A stretch of 64,000 nucleotides of DNA from a virus: positions 1 to 64,000 of IMG/VR virus record IMGVR_UViG_3300028840_006004. One strand, 5' to 3'. The translations under genes and the position numbers were made by a program. Numbering within the stretch: position 1 is the stretch's first letter; each line of letters starts with the position of its first letter. Below, one piece after another: positions 1 through 7,512 of this stretch. Below the pieces are notes generated by a model that searched no databases, was not told where the DNA came from, and was given only the letters and a program-made list of their open reading frames with translations.

Positions 1-90
1 ATTACAAAAACCGGAGAACATAGTCCCGGAAACCTCAAGAACTTTCTTGGTCCTGGCGATATACATTACTCTTCGGAGTATAAAATATAA
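1..90 (+). CDS. 3' end of a hypothetical protein running in from the window edge
   Basis: Frame 1 open from base 1 to TAA at 88-90 (ITKTGEHSPG...SEYKI*), followed by a terminator. Confidence 0.6.
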   Translation: MTKTGEHSPGNLKNFLGPGDIHYSSEYKI

Positions 91-109
91 TTGATTTATA
101 AATGATTTT

Positions 110-138
110 AAGCCTCCATCCTAAGTGGAGGCTTTTTT
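110..138 (+). terminator. Rho-independent terminator
   Basis: aagcctcca/tggaggctt stem followed by a T-run. Confidence 0.8.
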
Positions 139-144
139 AATGTT

Positions 145-333
145 ATGAAAAAAATAGGACTAAGAATATTAGGAATATCGTTTATGCTTGCCTTGATTGA
201 GAACGCATACTTTGGATGGAACATGGTACCAATGAGTCAGGCAGAATGGATTTTAGATATAATCATAGGATCCGGACTTGGTATTGGATATTCTATTTAT
301 GTCATCGGTTGGACAATATCAAAAACAAAATAA
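145..333 (+). CDS. small two-TM membrane protein
   Basis: 62 aa with two hydrophobic segments. Confidence 0.7.
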   Translation: MKKIGLRILGISFMLALIENAYFGWNMVPMSQAEWILDIIIGSGLGIGYSIYVIGWTISKTK

Positions 334-334
334 A

Positions 335-748
335 ATGAGAGCTATAAGAGATATACAATCAGCGCTATTAGAGTGCTACGAATTTAAAACACAGCATGAT
401 CCAAATGATATTGCTGAAATTAAAAATAATGAAGGCTGGATTGAAGCTTTAAAATTTGTTCTTGCAAACGAAAGAATGCCAATTGATCCTGCTCGTTTAT
501 CAGATAAAATCAAATCAAGGATAAATCTGATCCGTGCAAATGTAAAATCGAATAATGCTTTGAATATGATTTCGGGCGGGTTTTGTTCAATAATTGTTTT
601 GGAACCAGAAGAAATTGAACGCAAAGAAGCAGACCACGAATTCTACATTCTCCAGATAAAATATGGAGTTCAAAGTGATGTTGAGAATACAGTTCACACT
701 GTTTACGCTAAGCTTGATGTCAAAACATTAGAATATCAATACTTATAA
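335..748 (+). CDS. hypothetical protein
   Basis: ATG at 335, just after the previous stop, is more likely than the ORF-track start at 278. Confidence 0.7.
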   Translation: MRAIRDIQSALLECYEFKTQHDPNDIAEIKNNEGWIEALKFVLANERMPIDPARLSDKIKSRINLIRANVKSNNALNMISGGFCSIIVLEPEEIERKEADHEFYILQIKYGVQSDVENTVHTVYAKLDVKTLEYQYL

Positions 749-750
749 TC

Positions 751-1134
751 ATGGGATATTACACTTATCACTATATGCATATTTACGATGTTAGAGAAGG
801 TGATTACAACAACTTTGCCAGTGATGAAGATGTTGAAAAAATAATGAAGTTTTTCCAGGCACATTGTGAAGATGCTAATTATGCTCTTGAAGAAGATGGA
901 AGCGGAGCTGATTCTTCAAAATGGTATGAAAGCGAACAGGATATGGCATTCATAAGCTCATTCTTTCCTGGATTTCTATTTGCATTGCACGGAGATGGAG
1001 ATGACAGAGAAGATCAATGGACATGTTTCGGTCTGAATGGCAAATCCTATGTTGAACAGGTCGAATTTGTTTACCCGGTATTTGATGTAGAAATTTTAAA
1101 TTACAACCATGAAATCAAAAAGAAAAAATCCTGA
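751..1134 (+). CDS. acidic hypothetical protein
   Basis: 127-aa ORF in a tightly packed operon. Confidence 0.75.
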   Translation: MGYYTYHYMHIYDVREGDYNNFASDEDVEKIMKFFQAHCEDANYALEEDGSGADSSKWYESEQDMAFISSFFPGFLFALHGDGDDREDQWTCFGLNGKSYVEQVEFVYPVFDVEILNYNHEIKKKKS

Positions 1135-1294
1135 TTGCCCTCATTGCAGATCCTCTAATACATATTTCCTTGGAGAAGATAGTTGGATCCAATATTATCA
1201 CTGTACCTGCGGGCATGATTTTAAAGTAGATACCAAGGAATATGCATGGACTAAACAAGAAATCGATGAGCAGGAAAAGAAAGCTAAAAATTAA
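1109..1294 (+). CDS. small zinc-ribbon protein
   Basis: CPHC...HCTCGH. Confidence 0.7.
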   Translation: MKSKRKNPDCPHCRSSNTYFLGEDSWIQYYHCTCGHDFKVDTKEYAWTKQEIDEQEKKAKN

Positions 1295-1592
1295 GTTTGA
1301 GCAATTTATCATAAGATGGAAAGTTGTTTTCAAAATATTGCTAAATCCTAAGAGTAGATGGTTTGTTGCATTTCTTACAGATCAACAGCTTATTAATTTG
1401 TACAAAGGTGATGAATTTCTTATTGTTTTTCAATACCATAGGATTCAAAAAGACATTCTTATAAAAATGCTCAGGAATCTAAATGAATCAATAGATGAAT
1501 GGGATGAACTGTATTATGATATAGAAGCAAGCGTTAAAGCAGATGAGTATAAAACCACTAACGGCGGAACAAAAAATAAAAATAAAAGCTGA
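1266..1592 (+). CDS. hypothetical protein
   Basis: ORF 1242..1592; start probably the ATG at 1266. Confidence 0.6.
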   Translation: MSRKRKLKIKFEQFIIRWKVVFKILLNPKSRWFVAFLTDQQLINLYKGDEFLIVFQYHRIQKDILIKMLRNLNESIDEWDELYYDIEASVKADEYKTTNGGTKNKNKS

Positions 1593-1746
1593 CATCAAAG
1601 AAATGCATATCAGGCGCTACGGGACAAAGTTTGTTTTCGTTCCGGACCTCGATCGGCATTCTCATGTTCCAAAAAGAAAATCTTACGATATGGATCATTT
1701 GATGGATGATCTCGATTTCATATTTAACCATTTAACCATAGAATAA
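1543..1746 (+). CDS. hypothetical protein
   Basis: 67 aa; TAATG overlap with the next gene. Confidence 0.65.
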   Translation: MSIKPLTAEQKIKIKADIKEMHIRRYGTKFVFVPDLDRHSHVPKRKSYDMDHLMDDLDFIFNHLTIE

Positions 1747-2012
1747 TGGAATACCAAGTTGTATATACAATAGAAGTTGAAGCTGAAACAAATGAAGAAG
1801 CTGCAGCTCGAGTTATGGAAATTCTACAAGATCCGTATAATCAAGCCTGGAATTTTGAAGTTCGCGAAGAGCACGGCAAAGAAGGAATTTTGATTAATAT
1901 GGAGGAAGAGGGTTACTGTAAAGAATGTGACCTGTCAATGGAAGTTAAACCAGATGAGGGATACTGGATATGCCCACTGGGACATATTAAAAAATTTAAA
2001 AACCACGAATAA
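1746..2012 (+). CDS. hypothetical protein with C-terminal zinc ribbon
   Basis: YCKEC...WICPLGH. Confidence 0.7.
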   Translation: MEYQVVYTIEVEAETNEEAAARVMEILQDPYNQAWNFEVREEHGKEGILINMEEEGYCKECDLSMEVKPDEGYWICPLGHIKKFKNHE

Positions 2013-2014
2013 GA

Positions 2015-2407
2015 ATGAAACGATTTACCGATTTGAAAATAGGATCTTCAGTATGGAAAACCCGCGGTTATAATATTGAACTCCATAAAGTAACTTACTT
2101 GATGTTGGAGCCTGTTAACGAACCGCCATTGAAAACAGTCTGTAAAGATTACAAGAGCCGATCGATCTATGTTGAACGTGGAAATTTTGATCCAGGTTGT
2201 ACTCAAATAAAAGGCGAATATGGCGGAATATACTTTTTCAATCTCGAAGAAGCGATCAAGCATGTAAAACAAGAAATGATCAAAGACGTTCTTGAAGAGA
2301 GAAGAAAAATCTTAAAGTCTTTGGATCAAATTGATGAAATTCTACCACGATTTCTGAATTACCATCACGATTTGAATGAGGAACGAGGCTTGAATGAGGA
2401 TTTGTAG
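2015..2407 (+). CDS. hypothetical protein
   Basis: 130-aa ORF in operon. Confidence 0.7.
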   Translation: MKRFTDLKIGSSVWKTRGYNIELHKVTYLMLEPVNEPPLKTVCKDYKSRSIYVERGNFDPGCTQIKGEYGGIYFFNLEEAIKHVKQEMIKDVLEERRKILKSLDQIDEILPRFLNYHHDLNEERGLNEDL

Positions 2408-2415
2408 TATCTTCG
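2408..2415 (+). promoter_or_regulatory. possible Bacteroidota -7 promoter variant (TATCTTCG)
   Basis: One mismatch to TAnnTTTG, in the intergenic gap before 2455; no well-spaced -33 element. Confidence 0.35.
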
Positions 2416-2454
2416 CTGAGTAGTCCAATTAATAATCATTTAAACAGTAATCAG

Positions 2455-2769
2455 ATGGAAAAAGTACCTATTAAATTTGTGGTAGAAATCCAAGTAGGAC
2501 AAAATGGTGTAGTCAACACCCAGATTAGCTCGATAGACGGGCAAGCAATTATGTACAACGAGATTATCGGCGCAATGGAAACCTCCAAATCAATGTTCAT
2601 ACGACAGAATATTGCACTGGAAGAACAAGCACCTCCTCCTCCGAAAAAAGAAATTCCGATGATGGATGGTCCAACTAAGCCAGCTGTATTGGAAGTATCC
2701 AGGCCTAATAAAGAGCCAGAACCAGTTCGTGATCCTGGTGATATGATAGAGTCTGAAAATAAAAGTTGA
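2455..2769 (+). CDS. hypothetical protein with Pro-rich tail
   Basis: 104-aa ORF with an A-rich initiation region. Confidence 0.75.
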   Translation: MEKVPIKFVVEIQVGQNGVVNTQISSIDGQAIMYNEIIGAMETSKSMFIRQNIALEEQAPPPPKKEIPMMDGPTKPAVLEVSRPNKEPEPVRDPGDMIESENKS

Positions 2770-2795
2770 TAATCGGCAAAAGTTTTATACTTTTG
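2766..2795 (+). promoter_or_regulatory. Bacteroidota primary-sigma promoter (-33 TTG, 19-nt spacer, -7 TACTTTTG)
   Basis: TTG at 2766-2768; TAnnTTTG at 2788-2795. Confidence 0.7.
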
Positions 2796-2797
2796 TC

Positions 2798-2904
2798 ATG
2801 TGGAATTTGTGATTGATTATAGTAACGTATGTTCTTTGAGCGCAAGCTCATCAGTCATAAATTCCCATACCTACCCTTCACCTGCAAAGCTGGAGGGTTT
2901 TTTT
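2798..2904 (+). ncRNA. putative small structured RNA (about 105 nt)
   Basis: Bounded by a promoter and a terminator; 15-bp stem 2802-2816/2851-2865 with two G-U pairs; internal tgagc-GCAA-gctca hairpin at 2837-2850. Confidence 0.6.
2874..2904 (+). terminator. Rho-independent terminator
   Basis: cccttca/tggaggg stem followed by 7 T. Confidence 0.75.
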
Positions 2905-3190
2905 ATAGGCTGTTCTAAACATCGCTACAGCCAGGGAATTAGCCAACCCGAAACAAAAAGAGAATCAAAACCTGGTACTCGATCCCAACACGAACATAAC
3001 CCGAAGCAATGTCCCACCGCCGACAACTTCGTTGCGAAATATATGGTGGCCTTTAATTAGGTTTTCGCGAGAGTGTTACCTCGATAGAGGCGAGGAATGG
3101 ATTGTCACCAGTAGATTGGTTTGGCCGAAATGATTGCCAGTCGTCCCTATATTCTGACACCATGATCAGAGGGTAGGGCGGCTTGTATTT
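2905..3190. other. structured non-coding region (ncRNA, leader or origin candidate)
   Basis: Higher GC than flanks; stems 2908-2932, 3014-3049, 3079-3090 and 3139-3183; AACCCGAA at 2945 and 2998. Confidence 0.45.
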
Positions 3191-3209
3191 ACTCGTAAAA
3201 TCTTAATAA

Positions 3210-4001
3210 ATGAAAGAATCAGATAAATTAAAAAAGCAGTTAGATGCTGTGCTTAAAAATGAAGCCGAAGAAGCACACAAAAACAAAGTGGCTGAGGCTA
3301 CGAAATATGTCAAAAAGGCATATAAAAATGTAATAGTCAAAAGCAGATCGACTTACATTAATTACAAATGGTTTAAAGAAGTTAAGGTTGAAAATCCATA
3401 TAACGCCGGTGATCCTAAACGAATACTACTTGTGTACGAAACTGTTGCGGTTATGATAGATACTGCTTGGCGTACTGGTATCGAATATTATCGTAGAGGT
3501 AATGCTGAATTCTTGGATAAAGACATGTTCAGTTACGACAATATTTATAAATGGACCGAAATTCCGGAAGATGAATGGGGAGGAGTTGTTAAAGCTGTAA
3601 AAGCATTGACTAAAAACTTGATTGCTGAAATAGATGACGGCAAAATTAAACCTTTAAATCACATGTCCGGTGTAGAATATACATACCATAATGTTCGTGA
3701 AAAACAAAAACACTTGTTAGATCTACCTCACATAAAACTCGAAAAACGTGAACCCTTCTTGATAGGAGAAACGATCTTCCGTGTAGATGACCTGTACATC
3801 ATCTCACCACAATCTATCAAATACGCCATAGAGGTATTAGAAAGAAAGGCATATTCTGATCAAGACAGCACCAGAGTTCTCTCAGCAATGGGATATCGTA
3901 ATCGTCACGATGAATCAGCTGCTTGTTATAACCTAATCAATAAACTGGAAAACTATGAAAAATACCTCGTTCAAAGTGAGGATCAAAAAAGTGCATTATA
4001 A
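3210..4001 (+). CDS. hypothetical protein
   Basis: 263-aa ORF, no motif recognised. Confidence 0.85.
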   Translation: MKESDKLKKQLDAVLKNEAEEAHKNKVAEATKYVKKAYKNVIVKSRSTYINYKWFKEVKVENPYNAGDPKRILLVYETVAVMIDTAWRTGIEYYRRGNAEFLDKDMFSYDNIYKWTEIPEDEWGGVVKAVKALTKNLIAEIDDGKIKPLNHMSGVEYTYHNVREKQKHLLDLPHIKLEKREPFLIGETIFRVDDLYIISPQSIKYAIEVLERKAYSDQDSTRVLSAMGYRNRHDESAACYNLINKLENYEKYLVQSEDQKSAL

Positions 4002-4176
4002 ATACTCTGAAGTATTTAGTGTAGGAGATGTAGTTGAATTCAGCAAGAATGAGAAAACAGGAAACTATGTACTAAAGTCCAATGTCGATGGAGAGCTTTA
4101 TTCCGCTGAAGATTACGGGAAATGTTTCAAAATGCATGCAATTTACGATGAACTTTTCGAGAAGATTGACGAATAA
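3955..4176 (+). CDS. hypothetical protein
   Basis: 73-aa ORF. Confidence 0.65.
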   Translation: MKNTSFKVRIKKVHYKYSEVFSVGDVVEFSKNEKTGNYVLKSNVDGELYSAEDYGKCFKMHAIYDELFEKIDE

Positions 4177-4182
4177 ATTGTA

Positions 4183-4190
4183 TAATTTTG
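4183..4190 (+). promoter_or_regulatory. Bacteroidota -7 promoter element TAATTTTG
   Basis: Exact TAnnTTTG in the intergenic gap upstream of the sigma gene; -33 element unclear. Confidence 0.5.
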
Positions 4191-4229
4191 ACACGTACAT
4201 TTCTTATTAAATATTGTTGGTTTTTGATT

Positions 4230-4260
4230 CCGGGCTGGCCGTACACCAGCCTGGTTTTTT
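4230..4260 (+). terminator. Rho-independent terminator/attenuator directly before the sigma gene
   Basis: ccgggctgg/ccagcctgg stem plus 6 T; ATG at 4263. Confidence 0.75.
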
Positions 4261-4262
4261 CA

Positions 4263-4697
4263 ATGAAGAATTACGGGATATATAAAGGACTGGTCAGAAG
4301 AAGCATACATAACAAGCATGACGTAGATGATGTCTACCACAATGCTCTTCTAAAGTTCTATTCATACAATCCTGATCTAAACGACAGGTTCCCGCATTCA
4401 TTCTTATACCAAGCAATTCAATGGGCAATTACTGATTATTACAGGGATAAATACAGAATGCATCGTAAGTATTTACCGGAAGAGGTCTTAACACTGGCCG
4501 AATTTGATAGAGATTTCCGGGAATTATCCAACCTTGTATTATCAAAAGCTCCTCAACATGTACATTTACAGATCCAAGGATTTTCTCAAAAAGAAATAGC
4601 CAGGATTCTGAACACTACTGTAAATGCAGTAAAAGCAAAAAAATTCAAATTTATCAGGAAAGCAAGAAAATACTTGCTTAATGATATGTACGTATAA
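4263..4697 (+). CDS. ECF-type sigma-70 family RNA polymerase sigma factor
   Basis: Region-2-like DVDDVYHNALLKF...FLYQAIQWAITDYYR; region-4 HTH GFSQKEIARILNTTVNAVKAK; start reset to ATG 4263. Confidence 0.8.
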   Translation: MKNYGIYKGLVRRSIHNKHDVDDVYHNALLKFYSYNPDLNDRFPHSFLYQAIQWAITDYYRDKYRMHRKYLPEEVLTLAEFDRDFRELSNLVLSKAPQHVHLQIQGFSQKEIARILNTTVNAVKAKKFKFIRKARKYLLNDMYV

Positions 4698-4718
4698 CAT
4701 TTATTAAAATATTTTGTA

Positions 4719-5537
4719 ATGAAAAACAACGAAGTTGAATTCGTGAGTCCTTCTACGATTATGGTTGATGAAAGGATCACAAGTGTATTGAAGCCTTTAC
4801 CTGATGAAAGCTATCAAAGACTTAAATTATCTATAAAAGAGAATGGTATTGAGCAAGCTATTATGGTATCAGCAGGAATGCTTGTTGATGGTAGACACCG
4901 GTTAAAAGCAGCCAGTGAGCTCAAGCTCGAACAAGTTCCAGTTGTCAGGATCCCGTTCACCTCGATCGAGGAACTCCAGAGAAAAGCAGTTTCCATTCAG
5001 TTGGACAGGAGAAATATTACTGCTGAAGAAAGAAATTTACTTATCCTAAAACATTATGAGGATGTCAAGTCTGAACGTGGTGAATCCAGGGGAAGACCTA
5101 AATTAGCATCAAGTGATGCTAATTTTGTAGAGCCTGATAACACTGATGTTTCAGCAAAAATTGTCTTCAAGGGAAAAACGTCCGAAGAGGTCGCAAAAAG
5201 AGTATCTGAAGACCTGGGCCAGGAAGTATCTCAAGCAACAGTTGAGCGTGTCATTGCAAAAGATAAACCGAAAAAGAAAAAAGAGTTCAAGGAAAAGGAT
5301 ACGATCAAGATCTGCATCATTTTCACACGTAACTCATCAAATGAATGGGAGGCCTTCCGAACATTATTCCATTCCAAGAAAGAAGCTGAGGAATTCATGC
5401 AGGAATACTACGATGACGGAAACGACATGTTCGATGGTGCCAAGACTCATACTACTGTGGTTGATTTCTTCGATAAGTTCGATCAACAAACACTCTTAGG
5501 ATATACTCAGGAGGTAGAAGATGGAGATCAAGAATGA
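4719..5537 (+). CDS. ParB/Srx N-terminal domain protein
   Basis: LKLSIKENGIEQAIMV...LVDGRHRLKAA...VPV, followed by an HTH-like segment (SEEVAK...VSQATVER). Confidence 0.85.
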   Translation: MKNNEVEFVSPSTIMVDERITSVLKPLPDESYQRLKLSIKENGIEQAIMVSAGMLVDGRHRLKAASELKLEQVPVVRIPFTSIEELQRKAVSIQLDRRNITAEERNLLILKHYEDVKSERGESRGRPKLASSDANFVEPDNTDVSAKIVFKGKTSEEVAKRVSEDLGQEVSQATVERVIAKDKPKKKKEFKEKDTIKICIIFTRNSSNEWEAFRTLFHSKKEAEEFMQEYYDDGNDMFDGAKTHTTVVDFFDKFDQQTLLGYTQEVEDGDQE

Positions 5538-6090
5538 AAGAAGAGCCTATGGCTACTTGAAGTATAAAGGCCCGGTAGAAGAATTCAACGGAAACAAATT
5601 CCGGGCTTTTTCCATTCGTCATGTTCGTAAAACCGGTACGAGATATAGAGTTACTGATTACGGTTTTTCTGCAAGCAAAGGTGCTTTAGAATCTCTTCGC
5701 TTGATCGAGATTAATACTATGGTTCACGTCAAGTTCGAGATCAAGTCTAAAGAAGCTACAATTAAAATTGCTGGAAAAGAGAAATTAATATTTAAGACAT
5801 CTCTACGTGCACTGGATATATTTTCCTATGATGAGAAGGAAAAAGCTCCGGAATGGATTTGGAAACTGGATGATTATATGCTGATCAAGGATACCCAGGA
5901 AATAAAAAAACTTTTCCCGGAACCACCTGATATCTTAAAAAAAATGAAAAGCAATCCTGAACATCACGAAGCACATATCAATGAGTTTACTGACGTGAGC
6001 ACATTTAAACCAAAAGAAGTAGAAACAGCACCCGATTCAGAGGATCAGTTTCCTGACAGACCATCTGATGCGGATGATTTACCATTCTGA
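5521..6090 (+). CDS. SSB-like OB-fold protein (DUF3127-like)
   Basis: Beta-rich N-terminus (VHVKFEIKSKE...FKTSLRALDI) and an acidic tail ending DDLPF. Confidence 0.7.
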   Translation: MEIKNERRAYGYLKYKGPVEEFNGNKFRAFSIRHVRKTGTRYRVTDYGFSASKGALESLRLIEINTMVHVKFEIKSKEATIKIAGKEKLIFKTSLRALDIFSYDEKEKAPEWIWKLDDYMLIKDTQEIKKLFPEPPDILKKMKSNPEHHEAHINEFTDVSTFKPKEVETAPDSEDQFPDRPSDADDLPF

Positions 6091-6091
6091 T

Positions 6092-6496
6092 ATGGAAGAA
6101 AAATGGGAACAAATGATTGAAGATTGGATGCGTAATATCAAATACGACATTCATTTCAAAGTAAAGCCTGAAGCAGAAGAACTCGCCAAACAGATTGCTG
6201 AAAAACTTAATAAAGAACAAGATCTCTATATTGTTACAGTAAATAGAGGAACTGTTATTAAAAAAGACAATGAAGACAATCTGGACAATTATTTTCATAC
6301 AACAATTCCTGAGTGGAATCCAGCAATGGATGACTGGAAAGATAAATCAGTGAAAATAAGCCAACGTCATCAGCTTGCCAGAAAAATGTATCGTAAAGAT
6401 CCGAAAACAGGAAAAGAACTAATGAAAAAAGTTGTCTATCCTATTCCTGGTATTGAAAAATGGCAAGAGGAATATAATGAAATCATGGATTTATAA
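6092..6496 (+). CDS. hypothetical protein
   Basis: ATG at 6092 follows the previous stop. Confidence 0.75.
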   Translation: MEEKWEQMIEDWMRNIKYDIHFKVKPEAEELAKQIAEKLNKEQDLYIVTVNRGTVIKKDNEDNLDNYFHTTIPEWNPAMDDWKDKSVKISQRHQLARKMYRKDPKTGKELMKKVVYPIPGIEKWQEEYNEIMDL

Positions 6497-6526
6497 AAAC
6501 AATTACCAAACAAAAATGAAATTCAA

Positions 6527-7096
6527 ATGAGAGAAATTGATCCAGCACCAAAAGTGCTAACAATATGGCAACCCTGGGCATCATTACTGGTTCATGGAGT
6601 TAAAAAATATGAAACAAGGCCTGCTCCTACCAAACATAAAGGCAAATATTTAATTCATTCAGCTAAGACTTGGAATCGTAAATTATACGATGTTGCTATG
6701 AGTGACCCTTTTCTTAATCAATTAGTATTGTTAAATTATTATTTCCGTTCAGGAAAAACAATCGGATTCACATTTCCTGTGGGCCATATTATTGGTGAAG
6801 TAGAAATGGAGGCCTGTTATCGTATAGATCATCTTCAACGTGCTGGTGGAATGGGAGGGCCAGTGATTCAAGCTACTTGCGTTCTTGATATGGGAGGTAA
6901 AAATCCTAACGAAGTATTCACAATTAAAGAACCTGAATTAGCATACGGTGATTATACACCAGGAAGATATGTATGGGTAATGAAAAACCATCGATTATTG
7001 AAAAAGCCGATTCCTTATATAGGAAAACAGGGCTACTACAATCAATATAAAGGCGATTATGAGAAACTTGAATTTATAGAAGATGAAAATAATTAA
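6527..7096 (+). CDS. ASCH domain protein
   Basis: LTIWQPWASLLVHGVKKYETR...GKYLIHSA signature. Confidence 0.9.
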   Translation: MREIDPAPKVLTIWQPWASLLVHGVKKYETRPAPTKHKGKYLIHSAKTWNRKLYDVAMSDPFLNQLVLLNYYFRSGKTIGFTFPVGHIIGEVEMEACYRIDHLQRAGGMGGPVIQATCVLDMGGKNPNEVFTIKEPELAYGDYTPGRYVWVMKNHRLLKKPIPYIGKQGYYNQYKGDYEKLEFIEDENN

Positions 7097-7508
7097 GATG
7101 GCAGAATTTAAAGTAACAATAGAAACAGAAGGTGATTTCTGTGAAGATGACCTTCGTGAAGCACTAATTGATGGTATTGATAATGTAGGAAACTTTGAAG
7201 TACCTGAGAATTTTACGGTTCAGCGTATACTTCATCCTAAACAACAGCAGTTGCCGAGTGATGAGGAGATTGATATTTTACTCAAAAATCTGCACATTGT
7301 TTCAAAGGACGAAGCAAGAAAGGTTGTAGCAAAATGGCTTCGTGATAAGTACCAACCAAAGGAAGTTGAAGTTGATTGGGAAATGTTAAAAAGCATGATT
7401 AAACGTGAACATAATAAGTATTGTCGTAAAGCTATACACAACAGGAATGATGAAGAGGTTGATTGGCTACGTATAGCAATTAAAAGATTTAAACAACTCA
7501 ACACCTAA
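7083..7508 (+). CDS. hypothetical mosaic protein
   Basis: 141 aa; shares YQPKEVEVDW with 10194..10676. Confidence 0.75.
   Translation: MKIIKMAEFKVTIETEGDFCEDDLREALIDGIDNVGNFEVPENFTVQRILHPKQQQLPSDEEIDILLKNLHIVSKDEARKVVAKWLRDKYQPKEVEVDWEMLKSMIKREHNKYCRKAIHNRNDEEVDWLRIAIKRFKQLNT
7350..7381 (+). repeat. 32-bp direct repeat, copy 1
   Basis: taccaaccaaaggaagttgaagttgattggga, identical to 10518-10549. Confidence 0.95.
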
Positions 7509-7512
7509 AGAA

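Noticed and set aside
67-80. tactc-TTCG-gagta cUUCGg hairpin as an N4-like vRNAP promoter
   Set aside because: Only a 5-bp stem, inside a coding region, and no second copy noticed
2372-2400. 11-bp direct repeat ttgaatgagga
   Set aside because: Short duplication within a coding C-terminus (LNEE/LNED); no further copies noticed
2800-3060. 86-aa ORF in the ORF track
   Set aside because: GTG start, crosses a terminator, atypical composition; better explained as structured non-coding sequence
2798-3190. tRNA, tmRNA, RNase P, group I/II intron, retron or CRISPR array
   Set aside because: No cloverleaf, catalytic-core consensus or repeat-spacer periodicity recognised by eye, and no reverse transcriptase in the window; a covariance-model search is still advisable
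4188-4262. N-terminal extension of the sigma ORF
   Set aside because: The TTG start lies within the promoter motif and the extension spans a terminator; ATG 4263 is preferred
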